A DNA stretch of 64,000 bases from positions 12,340,001-12,404,000 of the forward strand of contig CM097885.1 of the NCBI GenBank assembly GCA_044892525.1, read 5' to 3'. Source of the DNA: Schmidtea polychroa. Its lineage: Eukaryota. Within the stretch, counting starts at the first letter, position 1, and each line of letters opens with the position of its first letter. The position numbers were made by a program, and so were the translations under genes. Positions 51,227-61,362 of this stretch are shown piece after piece. Below the pieces are notes generated by a model, which was given only the letters and a program-made list of their open reading frames with translations, was not told the origin of the DNA and did no database searches.

Positions 51227-52038
51227 ATGGATGTACGAAGTCCAATAATTTGGAAACCAATTTTAAATAGACATAAATCTAAATTTAATAATAAAGTATT
51301 TCCTGATAATTTTAGATTATTAATTGTTGGTTCTTCTGGATGTGGAAAGAATGTACTTGTTTTGAAAATGTTACTTGAAGATGGTTTTTTAGATTATAAT
51401 AATTTAATCTTTTATTCTACAACCATAAATCAACCAGAATTACAACTTTTGAAATGTGGATTTGAAAATAAATTAACTAAAAAAGCTATAATTGATATTT
51501 TTAAAAATCAACATAGATGTCCTGAAGAAGTTTTTCAACCTTGTGATATGGTTGATTGGTATAAGGAAAAGATTTTAGAATCAGATATTAGTAATAAAAA
51601 TGATTACATCTGTGAAGATGAGGGGCAGGCAGAGGCGATTCAAGTTTATTCTCTAATAAACCTGAAGATGTTTTACATTGTGATTTACTTCCTAAAGATA
51701 AAAAGAATCTAGTTATATTTGATGATGTTGTTAACATGAAAAATCAAGAGATTCAAAAGAGTTACTTTACACGAGGTCGACATAATAATTGTAATGTTAT
51801 TTATATATCTCAAACATATTATGCTTTAGATAAAAATTCAATAAGAAATAATTCCAATTGTTTTATATTTTTTAAATTAGATCGCTGTGATAAGAATATG
51901 ATTTATAATGATTTATTTTCAAATGTTGAACCTGATAAGAATATGTTTGATATGTTTGTTGATAATCATTGGAAAGAAAAATATAAGTATATTTATTTGG
52001 ATAGAGAAGAAGCTGAAATATGGAAAAGTTTGTTTTAG
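51227..52038 (+). pseudogene. A32/FtsK-type genome-packaging ATPase (frameshift near 51648)
   Basis: Walker A GSSGCGKN, Walker B LVIFDD in the shifted frame, and FTRGRHNN...YISQ. Confidence 0.92.
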
Positions 52039-52049
52039 GGCTTGTCGAC

Positions 52050-52478
52050 TTAAAAATCTGTTTTCTGTAGTTCATTATTATAAAATCTACCTAATATTTT
52101 TTCATTATTTAAATCAAAGATGCTATATGTTATTGGAGTTGTATAATGTATGCTATTTATAATAAAAATTTCATTTGTCCATTTTGCTGTGAATCCTTTT
52201 TCAAATTTATTTTTATATTTAAATATTCTTACTCGGTCACCAATTTTAAACTTTGGTTTTTCAATAACATCATTTTCAATATTTACCACTTTAATGGTTT
52301 CAGGCTTCATGGAAGCATTTAAAGGTGTTAATTTTATAGAACTATGTACATCATTATTATATTCATTTACAATCTTTTGTAACAATTCATTGTTCCATTT
52401 TTGTTTTCCAATAGCCGTAAAATATTTCCACATTTTATTTTTTAATGTTCTATTTAATCTTTCAACCACAACTGCTTT
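52050..52478 (-). pseudogene. Retroviral-type (rve) integrase, C-terminal part only
   Basis: AVVERLNRTLK, YNN.VHSSIKLTP, PKFKIGDRVRI, FEKGFTAKWT.E.F and GRFYNNELQ. It is cut at the inversion junction. Confidence 0.92.
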
Positions 52479-53185
52479 TCAATGGAATCAAAGCTTAATA
52501 ATATCGAACAACGATTTAATGATAAATTTGACAAGTTACAAAGTCTGTTAACTGAATAAGTTGTAAAGTTAAATACTAGTATATTAAATTCTAAAGATAA
52601 ACAAATTATGAATACTAAATTTAATACAATATATATTATATATTATATAATATAATAAATGAGATGATTACATCATTTAATAAAAGACTTTCAAATTTAG
52701 AATCTCATACAACACACATTAACACCACACATAGTATTAGAAAAAGAGCTGCTGAATTAGAACAGAATAAAACATTATTACCCCATACATATAAACATTT
52801 TATAGAACCAACTTTAATAACAACAAATAGTAAAGAATGGAGTGTTTTTATGGTTGTAAAGATTATTGATCCTTATTTCTTTTTATTTAATGATGATGAT
52901 CAAACAATGAAATGGTTTGTGAAATGTGATTATAATAGTAAGTTTGAAAAGGGTGATGTTATAATAAGTGCTTATGATTCACATAAAACACATAAAGTTA
53001 AAAGTAAGAATATTATTTTTAAAAGCACACTTGTACAATATATAGATTTAATATTTTATGAAAAAAAGGTTGATGTTGATAAAGTTCGTAAAGCATTGAG
53101 AGAATTGTATAAAGATATCCTCTCAACAAGAGTTTCTTTTGATATCCGAGTATTGGTGCCAGATAATAAAATCTTATTTTTTTAA
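52478..53185 (+). pseudogene. 5'-truncated duplicate of the fibre-like gene
   Basis: Inverted copy of 47593-48286 with a new stop and a short AT duplication near 52635. Confidence 0.85.
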
Positions 53186-53193
53186 TTATTAAA

Positions 53194-53793
53194 ATGGAAG
53201 AAGTAAGAGAAGAAAAAGTTTACCCAGAATTGTCATCAGGATATTATTCCCCCAAACCTTCGGGACCTTCAGCTCCCACAGAACTTGAAATTATGAGAGT
53301 AAAAGAATTTAAATCAGAAACCTTACATTTACAAGATTTATTAAAGCATCATAAAAAAATTAAAAATAGATGGAATAAAGGGAATACAGTTTTAAAAGTT
53401 ATAGGTTATTCTTTAGGATTTGCATCTGCAATATTAACAGTTATTTTACCTATAACTTTACCAGTTTTAACACTTGCGCCAGTAATACTTGGAAGTATTT
53501 CTGTAGCTGATGGTTTTTTAACTGAAATAGTTTCATTATCTTATACTTCAAAAAAGAAAAGTTTATATCGTGAAGTTTGTTTATCAATAGAATTAGGAAT
53601 CTCTAAATTATTTTTATTTCAATTAAAAGCTTTGGAAGATGGAATCTTAACTGATGGTGAAATAATGAAATCAAATCAAATAATACAAGATATAAAGAAT
53701 GAGGTTATAAGATTAAAAAGTTCAAATATTATAACTAATGAATATTCTAAAAAAATTAAACGAGACAAGTGGTTAAAGAATTCTTACTTATAA
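53194..53793 (+). CDS. Duplicate of the two-TM accessory protein (199 aa)
   Basis: Same as 46976-47584 except for one fewer PSG repeat and one A/S change. Confidence 0.8.
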   Translation: MEEVREEKVYPELSSGYYSPKPSGPSAPTELEIMRVKEFKSETLHLQDLLKHHKKIKNRWNKGNTVLKVIGYSLGFASAILTVILPITLPVLTLAPVILGSISVADGFLTEIVSLSYTSKKKSLYREVCLSIELGISKLFLFQLKALEDGILTDGEIMKSNQIIQDIKNEVIRLKSSNIITNEYSKKIKRDKWLKNSYL

Positions 53794-53879
53794 AATGGAT
53801 GAATTTTTAAAAAAGTAGATCAAGTTGCTATAGTTGCTTAAATTAATTGTCGACATTTTATTATTAAATATCGTTGGTT

Positions 53880-56800
53880 TCAGTTATGGTTGAAAGCCAA
53901 CCTATGAATCATTAATTTATGATCTTTAAATTCTTTATCACTTAGACCTTTTATATATTCAGAATCAGTATTAAAATATTTAAGTTCTAAACATATAGGA
54001 TTAAAAACTTGAGAACATAAAGGTTTCTCGATTTCTCTCTCGGGATAAATAATTTCAACATTATAAATATCAAGATCAGTAATCTTTGTATCATATAACT
54101 TATTCAACTTTTCTAGATTTTTTATTATAGGGATTAAATTATTTCCAATAGGTAGAGTTGTCTTTAAATCACTTAGTATGAATCTCTTATCATCATAATT
54201 TGATAATGATACTTTTTGAGATTCTATCAAGTGAATATCATGGTTTTCACTTTTAAGTTGATGTATTTCATCAATTTTATCTTTATGATTTGGATTCAAT
54301 GTATCTATATAATCTTGATGAGAAAGATTCTTTGCAACCACTCTCTGTATTCCTTTACATCTGTTATCCTTTACAGGTTTTTCTTCTTTAGGAAATATAG
54401 GATATCTATGTGTAATGGTTTCTTCTGTTTCTGGAGTTTTAAATATAAATGATCTAGTTATAAATTCAGGGTTTCTAAATGTTTCGTATGAATATTGTTT
54501 AGCACGAATAAATATTCCATTTTCTATAGGAGTAAAAGGTTTTTCATCTTTAAACGAAAATAGTTCTCCAGATGAATTTATTAAATTTGAAAGTATAGGA
54601 TTTTCTTTCATATCTTTTTGTAAATCATGAGTTCTTATTGTTAAAAACATTGAATCTGTATCCATTGCATGCATTGATATATTTGCTCCGTATATAGGTT
54701 GTAAGATGTTATAATATGTTTCATACATTTGTAATTTTGAAAGTTCTAAAATTGTAAACCCTATAAATATTGGTTTGTTATATGTTTTCTCATAATTTTT
54801 TAATTCTACTGCAGTAAGATTTTCAGAAAATACTTGTGCGTTTTTAAATGTAGGCTTTCCTAGCATGCGATTATAACGCTTAATATCTTTGGCAGTATTA
54901 GTTAGGAGTTCAATATGAGTATATTTATCAACATTCTCCATTGTTTTCCCAAAGACTGAATTGTTTAAAAGTTTATAATTATTATCTTTAAAAAGGTTAC
55001 CTTCTCTTTTTGCAATGTTTCGACACCTAATGTTCTCCTCGATAAAAGCTTTCATGAATGGAGCTTGTTTAAATCTTATGACACTATGAACTTTTTTAAT
55101 ATCATTCCTCGTGAGAGATAAAATTGGAGGAGTCTATAGTGACAAAGATAAAACCTTCGATCTGTTTGATCACAAAGAAGTTTCATTGTTGGAGGTTTAT
55201 CTTGTGAGATTTGCCATTCAGAGAGTTCGTTGATATCAATCTTTCTTCTTATGGGAGCTAAAGGAAAATATCTTGTTCCTGATTTTATATCATCTGGATA
55301 GTCGAGGTCACATTCTATAAAGTAACCTATTGGAGAATCTTTCGATGTTGAAAGTATTTCTTTCATAAGGTCATCTGTTGGGTTCTCTATTTCAGTGAAA
55401 TCACTCATTGGTAAATATTGAGTCATAATTCCTGAATATAAAGCTGTTGCATCTATATAAAGTATAAATATAGGATTTTTCATTGTTTCTAATATTTCTT
55501 TTAATTCCTCATTGTTAATTTTTATATATGGATCAGAGGTCTTTGAAAGCATTCTGCTAGTAGTTATTGCATTTCTAGCTTTTATTTCTCTATTCCCCAT
55601 TACTGAAGAGACTCCTCCTCTAATGTTTGTTTTAATTAGATTAAACATATCGAGGTTAGTTAAAAGATCTATAATTTTATCAGCTTCTTCTATATTTGAA
55701 GTCCAAATGGTATATAATAAAGTATCCCAAGCAAAAGAGGGTGCTGTTATACAATTGTAAGGTTTAAGAACAAAAGATTTTGTAAATTCTTCAAAGCAAT
55801 CTGCTAGAATATAAACATCCAAGGATAAATACATACTTGTATATTCTCCTAAAGTTTTACACTTGAATAATTCCCACATTTTATTTGCTCGAGAATATTC
55901 TTGATTTGTAATATGATTTTTTTGAAGTTGTGAATAGAAATCTTCTTGGCTAGGAAGACTTGTTTCATTATATCTTTCAAACGAGTCAACATAGTCATAA
56001 GGATATATTCCTTTTGCTAAACATGTAGGATATTCTTCTAGAGGAATATTATTTTTTTCCAAGAATTCTCGAGTGATTTTAAAATCTTCTGGTTTCATTG
56101 TTTTAGCTATTCCATCTAGAGACATTTGAAGAAAGTTTAACGAGTCTATAAATTTTAATTTCCCATATTCAACTGATTTATATTTTTCCTTTGTTAAGCC
56201 GATAACTTTGAAAGAGTTTTTAGCATTTGCTGCTAAATGTTTAATAAATAGATGTATGTCATAACCAAAAAGATTATGAAATATAACAGGTACAAATTTA
56301 GGAGTATGACAATTAAGATTACAATTCTTATGAGCTGCTCCTCGATAATTATTTTCCTTTTTTAAATTATCATGATCGAGGACTTTTATATTCGGAGACT
56401 CTTCAAATGGTTGTTTACACATCCAACAGTTGGAAGTGTTTTCATATTCTTGTTGTTGTTGATTAGAAATATTTTGAGGATAGTTTGTTTTTAATACTTT
56501 AAATATTTCATGTTCTAGATCATTTATACTTTTAGTAAAATGATTCAAGACTTCTGTTTCTGAAATTCCTCGAAATGTATATTCTCTAGATTCTATGAGT
56601 TCAGGATAATTACTTTTAAATAATAATTTATAAGCAGATGGTAATTGTTTAGTTTTTTTAACACTATTAGGTTTATTCCTTTTTCTTAGAAAGGCTTTCA
56701 TCCTCTCTGGTTTCATCTTCTCTCCTGAGGAGTTCCAGGAATCCATGAGTTTATTTTTTTCTATTATTTTTAAATATTGTTTAACCAAATCTTGTTTACG

Positions 56801-58182
56801 ATTTATAGATTCAAAGTCCCCATGAAGCACTCCTACTGTTTGTAGTAAATTTGAAAAGTTTTTAAAATACATCTTGGGATTATCAGGCATTTTAATTAAA
56901 GCTGGATCATCTTTTTCACAAAATCTTGTATGTTTAATCATAGAGTTTTTAGTTGTTGAATAATGAAGACATCTTTTACATGTTCCTCCTCCACTAGTTG
57001 GATTCTCTGGTGATGTAAAAGCTTGAAAGTTTTTTATTAAAACATAATGTTGATTATTTTGTTGTTCCAAGATTAAAAGATATATCTCCCTAGTGTTATC
57101 CTGGGGTTCGTTATCTCTAACTTCATAATCTGAAATATAAATTGGAATAATTTCTCTGCTATTAACATGTTTCCCTTTAACACGTTCATAAATATTAATT
57201 TTAAGATTATTTAAACTTTCAAATTTTGGAATGTCTTCTAGTTTCATTGGATGTTTGAATCCTTTGGGAAATATTAATTCATTTTCATATTGTTTGTATT
57301 TTGAAACTCTTTGGGGGTTTGATTCTTGAGGATGTAAATGTGCAAGTATTGACCAGACGAAACATTTGTTATCATTATTTTGTATGTTTATAACATTTTT
57401 AGATTTAAAGGGTGTAGGAATATAAGATTTAGGATTAGGTGGTAATCCTCTCCAATAATCAATCACTAAAGTTTGGAAAGAGTTGAATACTAGGTTTGAA
57501 TCTCCTAATTCATTTTCAACCTCTTCTTGTTTTGCTTCTACTGCTTGAATTATTTCTTTGATGGTTTTATCAAATCCTTTAGTTGAAAATAAATATTTAA
57601 AGGGTATTCCAATTTCAACATCTAAAGGTGTTGTCTTTTCTTCTGCTGCTCGCCAGTATTTTGCTTTGATTATAATTTTATATTTTATAACATTATACCT
57701 TGTCGGTTTATAATTTTTTAAAGCTTCAGTGAAAGAATTTTTAATATTTTTTTTATTTTTATTTATATATTCTCCAGGAGTTATAGGTCCATTGATTTCT
57801 AATTGACATTCATCTACATGATTAAAATCATCCCAGTTATATTTTTCTCTTTCAACATGATCAGGTTCTCCTTCTGAATGACATTCCTCATCGTCAGAAT
57901 TTTGTTTTTTATTTTTACATTCTTTATATGTTCTAAATAATAGAAATTTACTTTTGTTGAAAAGTTACAGTGAGAACATGTAAATATTTCTCTATTTTTC
58001 CCGATACAATTTTCAAAATGTTTATTATATCCAGAATGTAGAAATCTTCCTTTACATTTAGGACAAACTTTTGAATTTGTATCATTAAGATTGTTTTCTT
58101 TTAATAAATGAGCTTTCGATTTTAAGTGAGAAATTAATCCAGTTTTATTTTTAAAAACTTTATTACAAATATTACAATTCAT
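53880..58182 (-). pseudogene. polB: Full-length protein-primed DNA polymerase B with N-terminal zinc fingers, right copy (two single-base frameshifts)
   Basis: The ZnF ORF starting at 58182 joins, via a one-base shift near 57922, a frame open down to 55076. A second shift near 55095 joins 55055-53880. Confidence 0.92.
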
Positions 58183-58271
58183 TTTTAGAAAAAAATTTTT
58201 TATTGGATATCCTGTTTTGATTTTTTATGTTTTTATATTTATTTTCATAATGTGACAGTATAAAAAATAAC

Positions 58272-59204
58272 AAAAATCCAAACCTAGATAGCGCAGTGGG
58301 CTAGACTGGCACAGTGGTTCAAATGGATGGTGGTTCAAATCCTAACTGTGGTTAGTTTTTTTTCAACATAAAATAATATTAAAAATTTGAAAATAATAGT
58401 GTGGGTATCTTAGATTTATAAAGTAGTTGTATATTTATTTATTTTTATTTTATTTTATTTATTTTATTAATTATTTTATTTTTAAACATAAATATGAAAA
58501 AAAAATTATTGAAACGGGTGATGGTGGCGAACCGGTAATTATCGCCGCCTGTCTTTCGAACACCCCCGGATCGATTCTTTAATGTGCACATTTATTTCTC
58601 AGTTGTTTTCGGACCTCTTTCGAATTCACTTTCGAATTCATTTGTACTTTCGAGCAGCACGCTTAAAACGCCGATGAAATCGTATTCGAGCGAGAAGCGA
58701 ATAATAAGGTGTGCTGCTATTATCGGATTGATTCTGATGTATGAGTCTGGCCAGCTTGTATATTAGAAGAGATTTGATAAACGAAAGAGGTTGAAATGAT
58801 CCGGATCAAAAAAACTGTTGAGGGGACAGTGAAAAAAAAAATACAACTGTCCCCTCAGAGCAGTTTTACTATTTTTCATTTATTTTTTAATTTATATAAT
58901 TTAAAATCAATAATCTGATAAAGATCAACTCCGGAGTTTGATTGCGATCAAAAGTAGTGTGTATATAGCCCTATCCCAAATAGCCCTCTAACTTTTTCAT
59001 AATGCCATTTTCTTTTCTATTCTCTTTTTAGTTTGAAGCTTTTGAGTTTGAGGTTTTAAAGATTAAGGGTGGTTGTTGTTTAAAATATGGGGTTAAAATA
59101 CTATAAAAGCATAGGTTTTATGTTGTTTTTCTAATGGTTTAAGCGTAATGGAGGTATGTTTTTGTTTGGAGGGCTGTTTGGGTTAGGGCTATATACACAC
59201 TACT
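58272..59204 (-). repeat. Terminal repeat A (pol-proximal end)
   Basis: Ends ...TATATACACACTACT, which is 5'-AGTAGT on the minus strand. Confidence 0.9.
58282..58363 (+). ncRNA. tRNA-like Pol III-type unit 1 (inside terminal repeat A)
   Basis: A box TAGCGCAGTGG (58289), B box GGTTCAAATCC (58332), T8 terminator. Confidence 0.6.
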
Positions 59205-59327
59205 CATGAGTAAATTCTTTATTATAATCAAGATTTAATTTATTTTTTTCTTGAATTTTTATATTATTCATTTTTATATATTAAAATTTACACACACAAA
59301 ATAGGATTAATTAAATATATTAAGTAA

Positions 59328-59409
59328 GCCATTATAGCGGAGTGGGAATAGGCTTCAATTTTATCACCGGGAGTACCGGGTTCAATTTTCGATTTTGGTC
59401 AATTTTTTT
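59328..59409 (+). ncRNA. tRNA-like Pol III-type unit 2
   Basis: 73 nt, with A box TAGCGGAGTGG starting at position 8, a degenerate B box GGTTCAATT, partial acceptor pairing and a T7 run. Confidence 0.5.
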
Positions 59410-59571
59410 CGATATTTTTTTTTCAACGGAATCTGATTCAGCCTACTGATTTTAGTATATATTTAAATTTTCAGATGGATCTGAGTGGTAGTTGTCGAGA
59501 AAATGAATAATTAATTATTAATTTCATCAATAAATAGTCACACATTAACAACTTATTTTATATTGAGTATA

Positions 59572-59652
59572 GCTCTAATAGCTTAGTGGTAATAGCACTC
59601 GACTGCATTGCCAATACCAATGGGTTCAAATCCCATTTCGGTCATTTTTTTT
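59572..59652 (+). ncRNA. tRNA-like Pol III-type unit 3 (tRNA-Cys-like)
   Basis: 73 nt, with A box TAGCTTAGTGG at position 8, D stem GCT/AGC, CT-GCA loop, perfect T arm ATGGG-TTCAAAT-CCCAT and a T8 run. The anticodon stem does not pair. Confidence 0.62.
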
Positions 59653-59807
59653 CAAAATTTTTTAACGAAATATTGATCAGCATACTCGATTTAGTACTTG
59701 TACAAATTTTCAAGGTGATTGGTCAACGGCAACTCTTGGAAATTTAAGATCAAAAACGTTTTAACTACCAAAAATTAATATATCCAATAAAAAAAATATT
59801 TATAAAA

Positions 59808-60050
59808 ATGGATGAGTTAAAAGAAAGAATGAGAAATGAATTGAATGAAGTTAAACATAAGAGAATGAAAAGAAGAGAAGAAGAACCATTAGAATACATC
59901 AAAGAGTTGATGGTAGATAATGAAAAGTATCGACATTTTTATATGAAGGCTGTAGATGTTGCTGATATAAGATTGAAGAAAATGAAACAATTACAGGAAA
60001 GAGTTAAAGAACTTGAATCGATTATTTATATGAGAAAAATCCTAACCTAG
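59808..60050 (+). CDS. Small coiled-coil Maverick ORF (80 aa)
   Basis: ATG ORF ending at the inner edge of terminal repeat B. It shares a 31-nt upstream motif with pPolB. Confidence 0.6.
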   Translation: MDELKERMRNELNEVKHKRMKRREEEPLEYIKELMVDNEKYRHFYMKAVDVADIRLKKMKQLQERVKELESIIYMRKILT

Positions 60051-60990
60051 ATAGCGCAGTGGGCTAGACCGGCACCGTGGTTCAAATGGATGGTGGTTCA
60101 AATCCTAACTGTGGTTAGTTTTTTTTTTTTTTTTAAATTTGAAAATAATAGTGTGGGTATCTTAGATTTATATTTTATTTTATTTATTTATATTTTATTT
60201 TATTTTATTTTATTTATTTTATTTATTTTATTTATTTTATTTATTTTATTTATTTTATTTATTTTATTTATTTTATTTATTTTATTTATTTTATTAATTA
60301 TTTTATTTTTAAACATAAATATGAAAAAAAATTATTGAAACGGGTGATGGTGGCGAACCGGTAATTATCGCCACCTGTCTTTCGAACACCCCCGGATCGA
60401 TTCTTTAATGTGCACATTTATTTCTCAGTTGTTTTCGGACCTCTTTCGGATTCACTTTCGAATTCATTTGTACTTTCGAGCAGCACGCTTAAAACGCCGA
60501 TGAAATCGTATTCGAGCGAGAAGCGAATAATAAGGTGTGCTGCTATTATCGGATTGATTCTGATGTATGAGTCTGGCCAGCTTGTATATTAGAAGAGATT
60601 TGATAAACGAAAGAGGTTGAAATGATCCGGATCAAAAAAACTGTAGAAGGGACAGTGAAAAAAAAAAAAAAAAAAAAAACACCACTGTCCCCTCAGAGCA
60701 GTTTTACTATTTTTCATTTATTTTTTAATTTATATAATTTAAAATCAATAATCTGATAAAGATCAAATAGCCCTCTAACTTTTTCATAATGCCACTTTCT
60801 TTTCTATTCTCTTTTTAGTTTGAAGCTTTTGAGTTTGAGGCTTAAAGATTAAGGGTGGTTGTTGTTTAAAATATGGGGTTAAAATACTATAAAAGTATAG
60901 GTTTTATGTTGTTTTTCTAATGGTTTAAGCATAATGGAGGTATGTTTTAGTTGGGAGGGTTGTGTTGGTTGGGTATATATACACACTACT
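60035..60990 (-). repeat. Terminal repeat B (direct repeat of A)
   Basis: Near-identical to 58272-59204, with an expanded (TTTTATTTA)n and a deletion of about 50 bp at 60765. Ends CACACTACT. Confidence 0.9.
60045..60134 (+). ncRNA. tRNA-like Pol III-type unit 4 (copy of unit 1 in repeat B)
   Basis: Same A and B boxes as unit 1, followed by a T16 run. Confidence 0.6.
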
Positions 60991-61048
60991 AATTTACATC
61001 CTTTTTCACAATTGATAAATGTAAATTTTTCATTAAAAATCATTACAT

Positions 61049-61362
61049 TGGTCAATCTGTACTTGATCTATCTAAACTTAGAATGTATGAATTGCAATAT
61101 AAGGATCTGGAAACATTTCGTAATGAGTTTAATTGTAAAATTAATATCGTTGCGGGTGATACGGATTCTTTTTTCCTCGAAGTCATTAACTGTAAACTTG
61201 AGGTTCTTTTACCTTCAATGATTCGAGATAATTTATTAGATACTTCCAATTACAATAGTTGTCATTCCTTATATAGTAAGAACCTTGATTCAGTCATTGG
61301 AAAGTTCAAAGACGAGAATAAAGGTCTTAAATATAAGGAGTGGGTTTTTCTTAGACTTAAAG
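61049..61362 (+). pseudogene. Fragment of a pPolB palm from a different Maverick family
   Basis: SVLDLSKLRMYE...AGDTDSFF...DTSNY...VIGKFKDE...FLRLK. The sequence is unlike the resident polymerase. Confidence 0.85.

Larger units (their letters stand above)
42476..60990. mobile_element. Maverick/Polinton (adintovirus-like endogenous dsDNA virus), rearranged into a quasi-palindrome
   Basis: pPolB, penton, adenain protease, packaging ATPase and retroviral-type integrase genes, with about 0.9-kb terminal repeats ending in ACTACT (5'-AGTAGT). Confidence 0.96.

Noticed and set aside
45015..55760. Small antisense ORFs over Maverick genes (45015, 46139, 51015, 51872, 52150, 54216, 54415, 55512)
   Set aside because: Shadows of the polymerase, pX-like, ATPase and integrase frames.
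58282..60134. Functional tRNA genes
   Set aside because: Anticodon and acceptor stems do not pair properly, so they are reported as tRNA-like units instead.
42476..60990. 6-bp TSD for the main Maverick
   Set aside because: The left tip is missing, and the right flanks (CATGAG, AATTTA) match nothing on the left.
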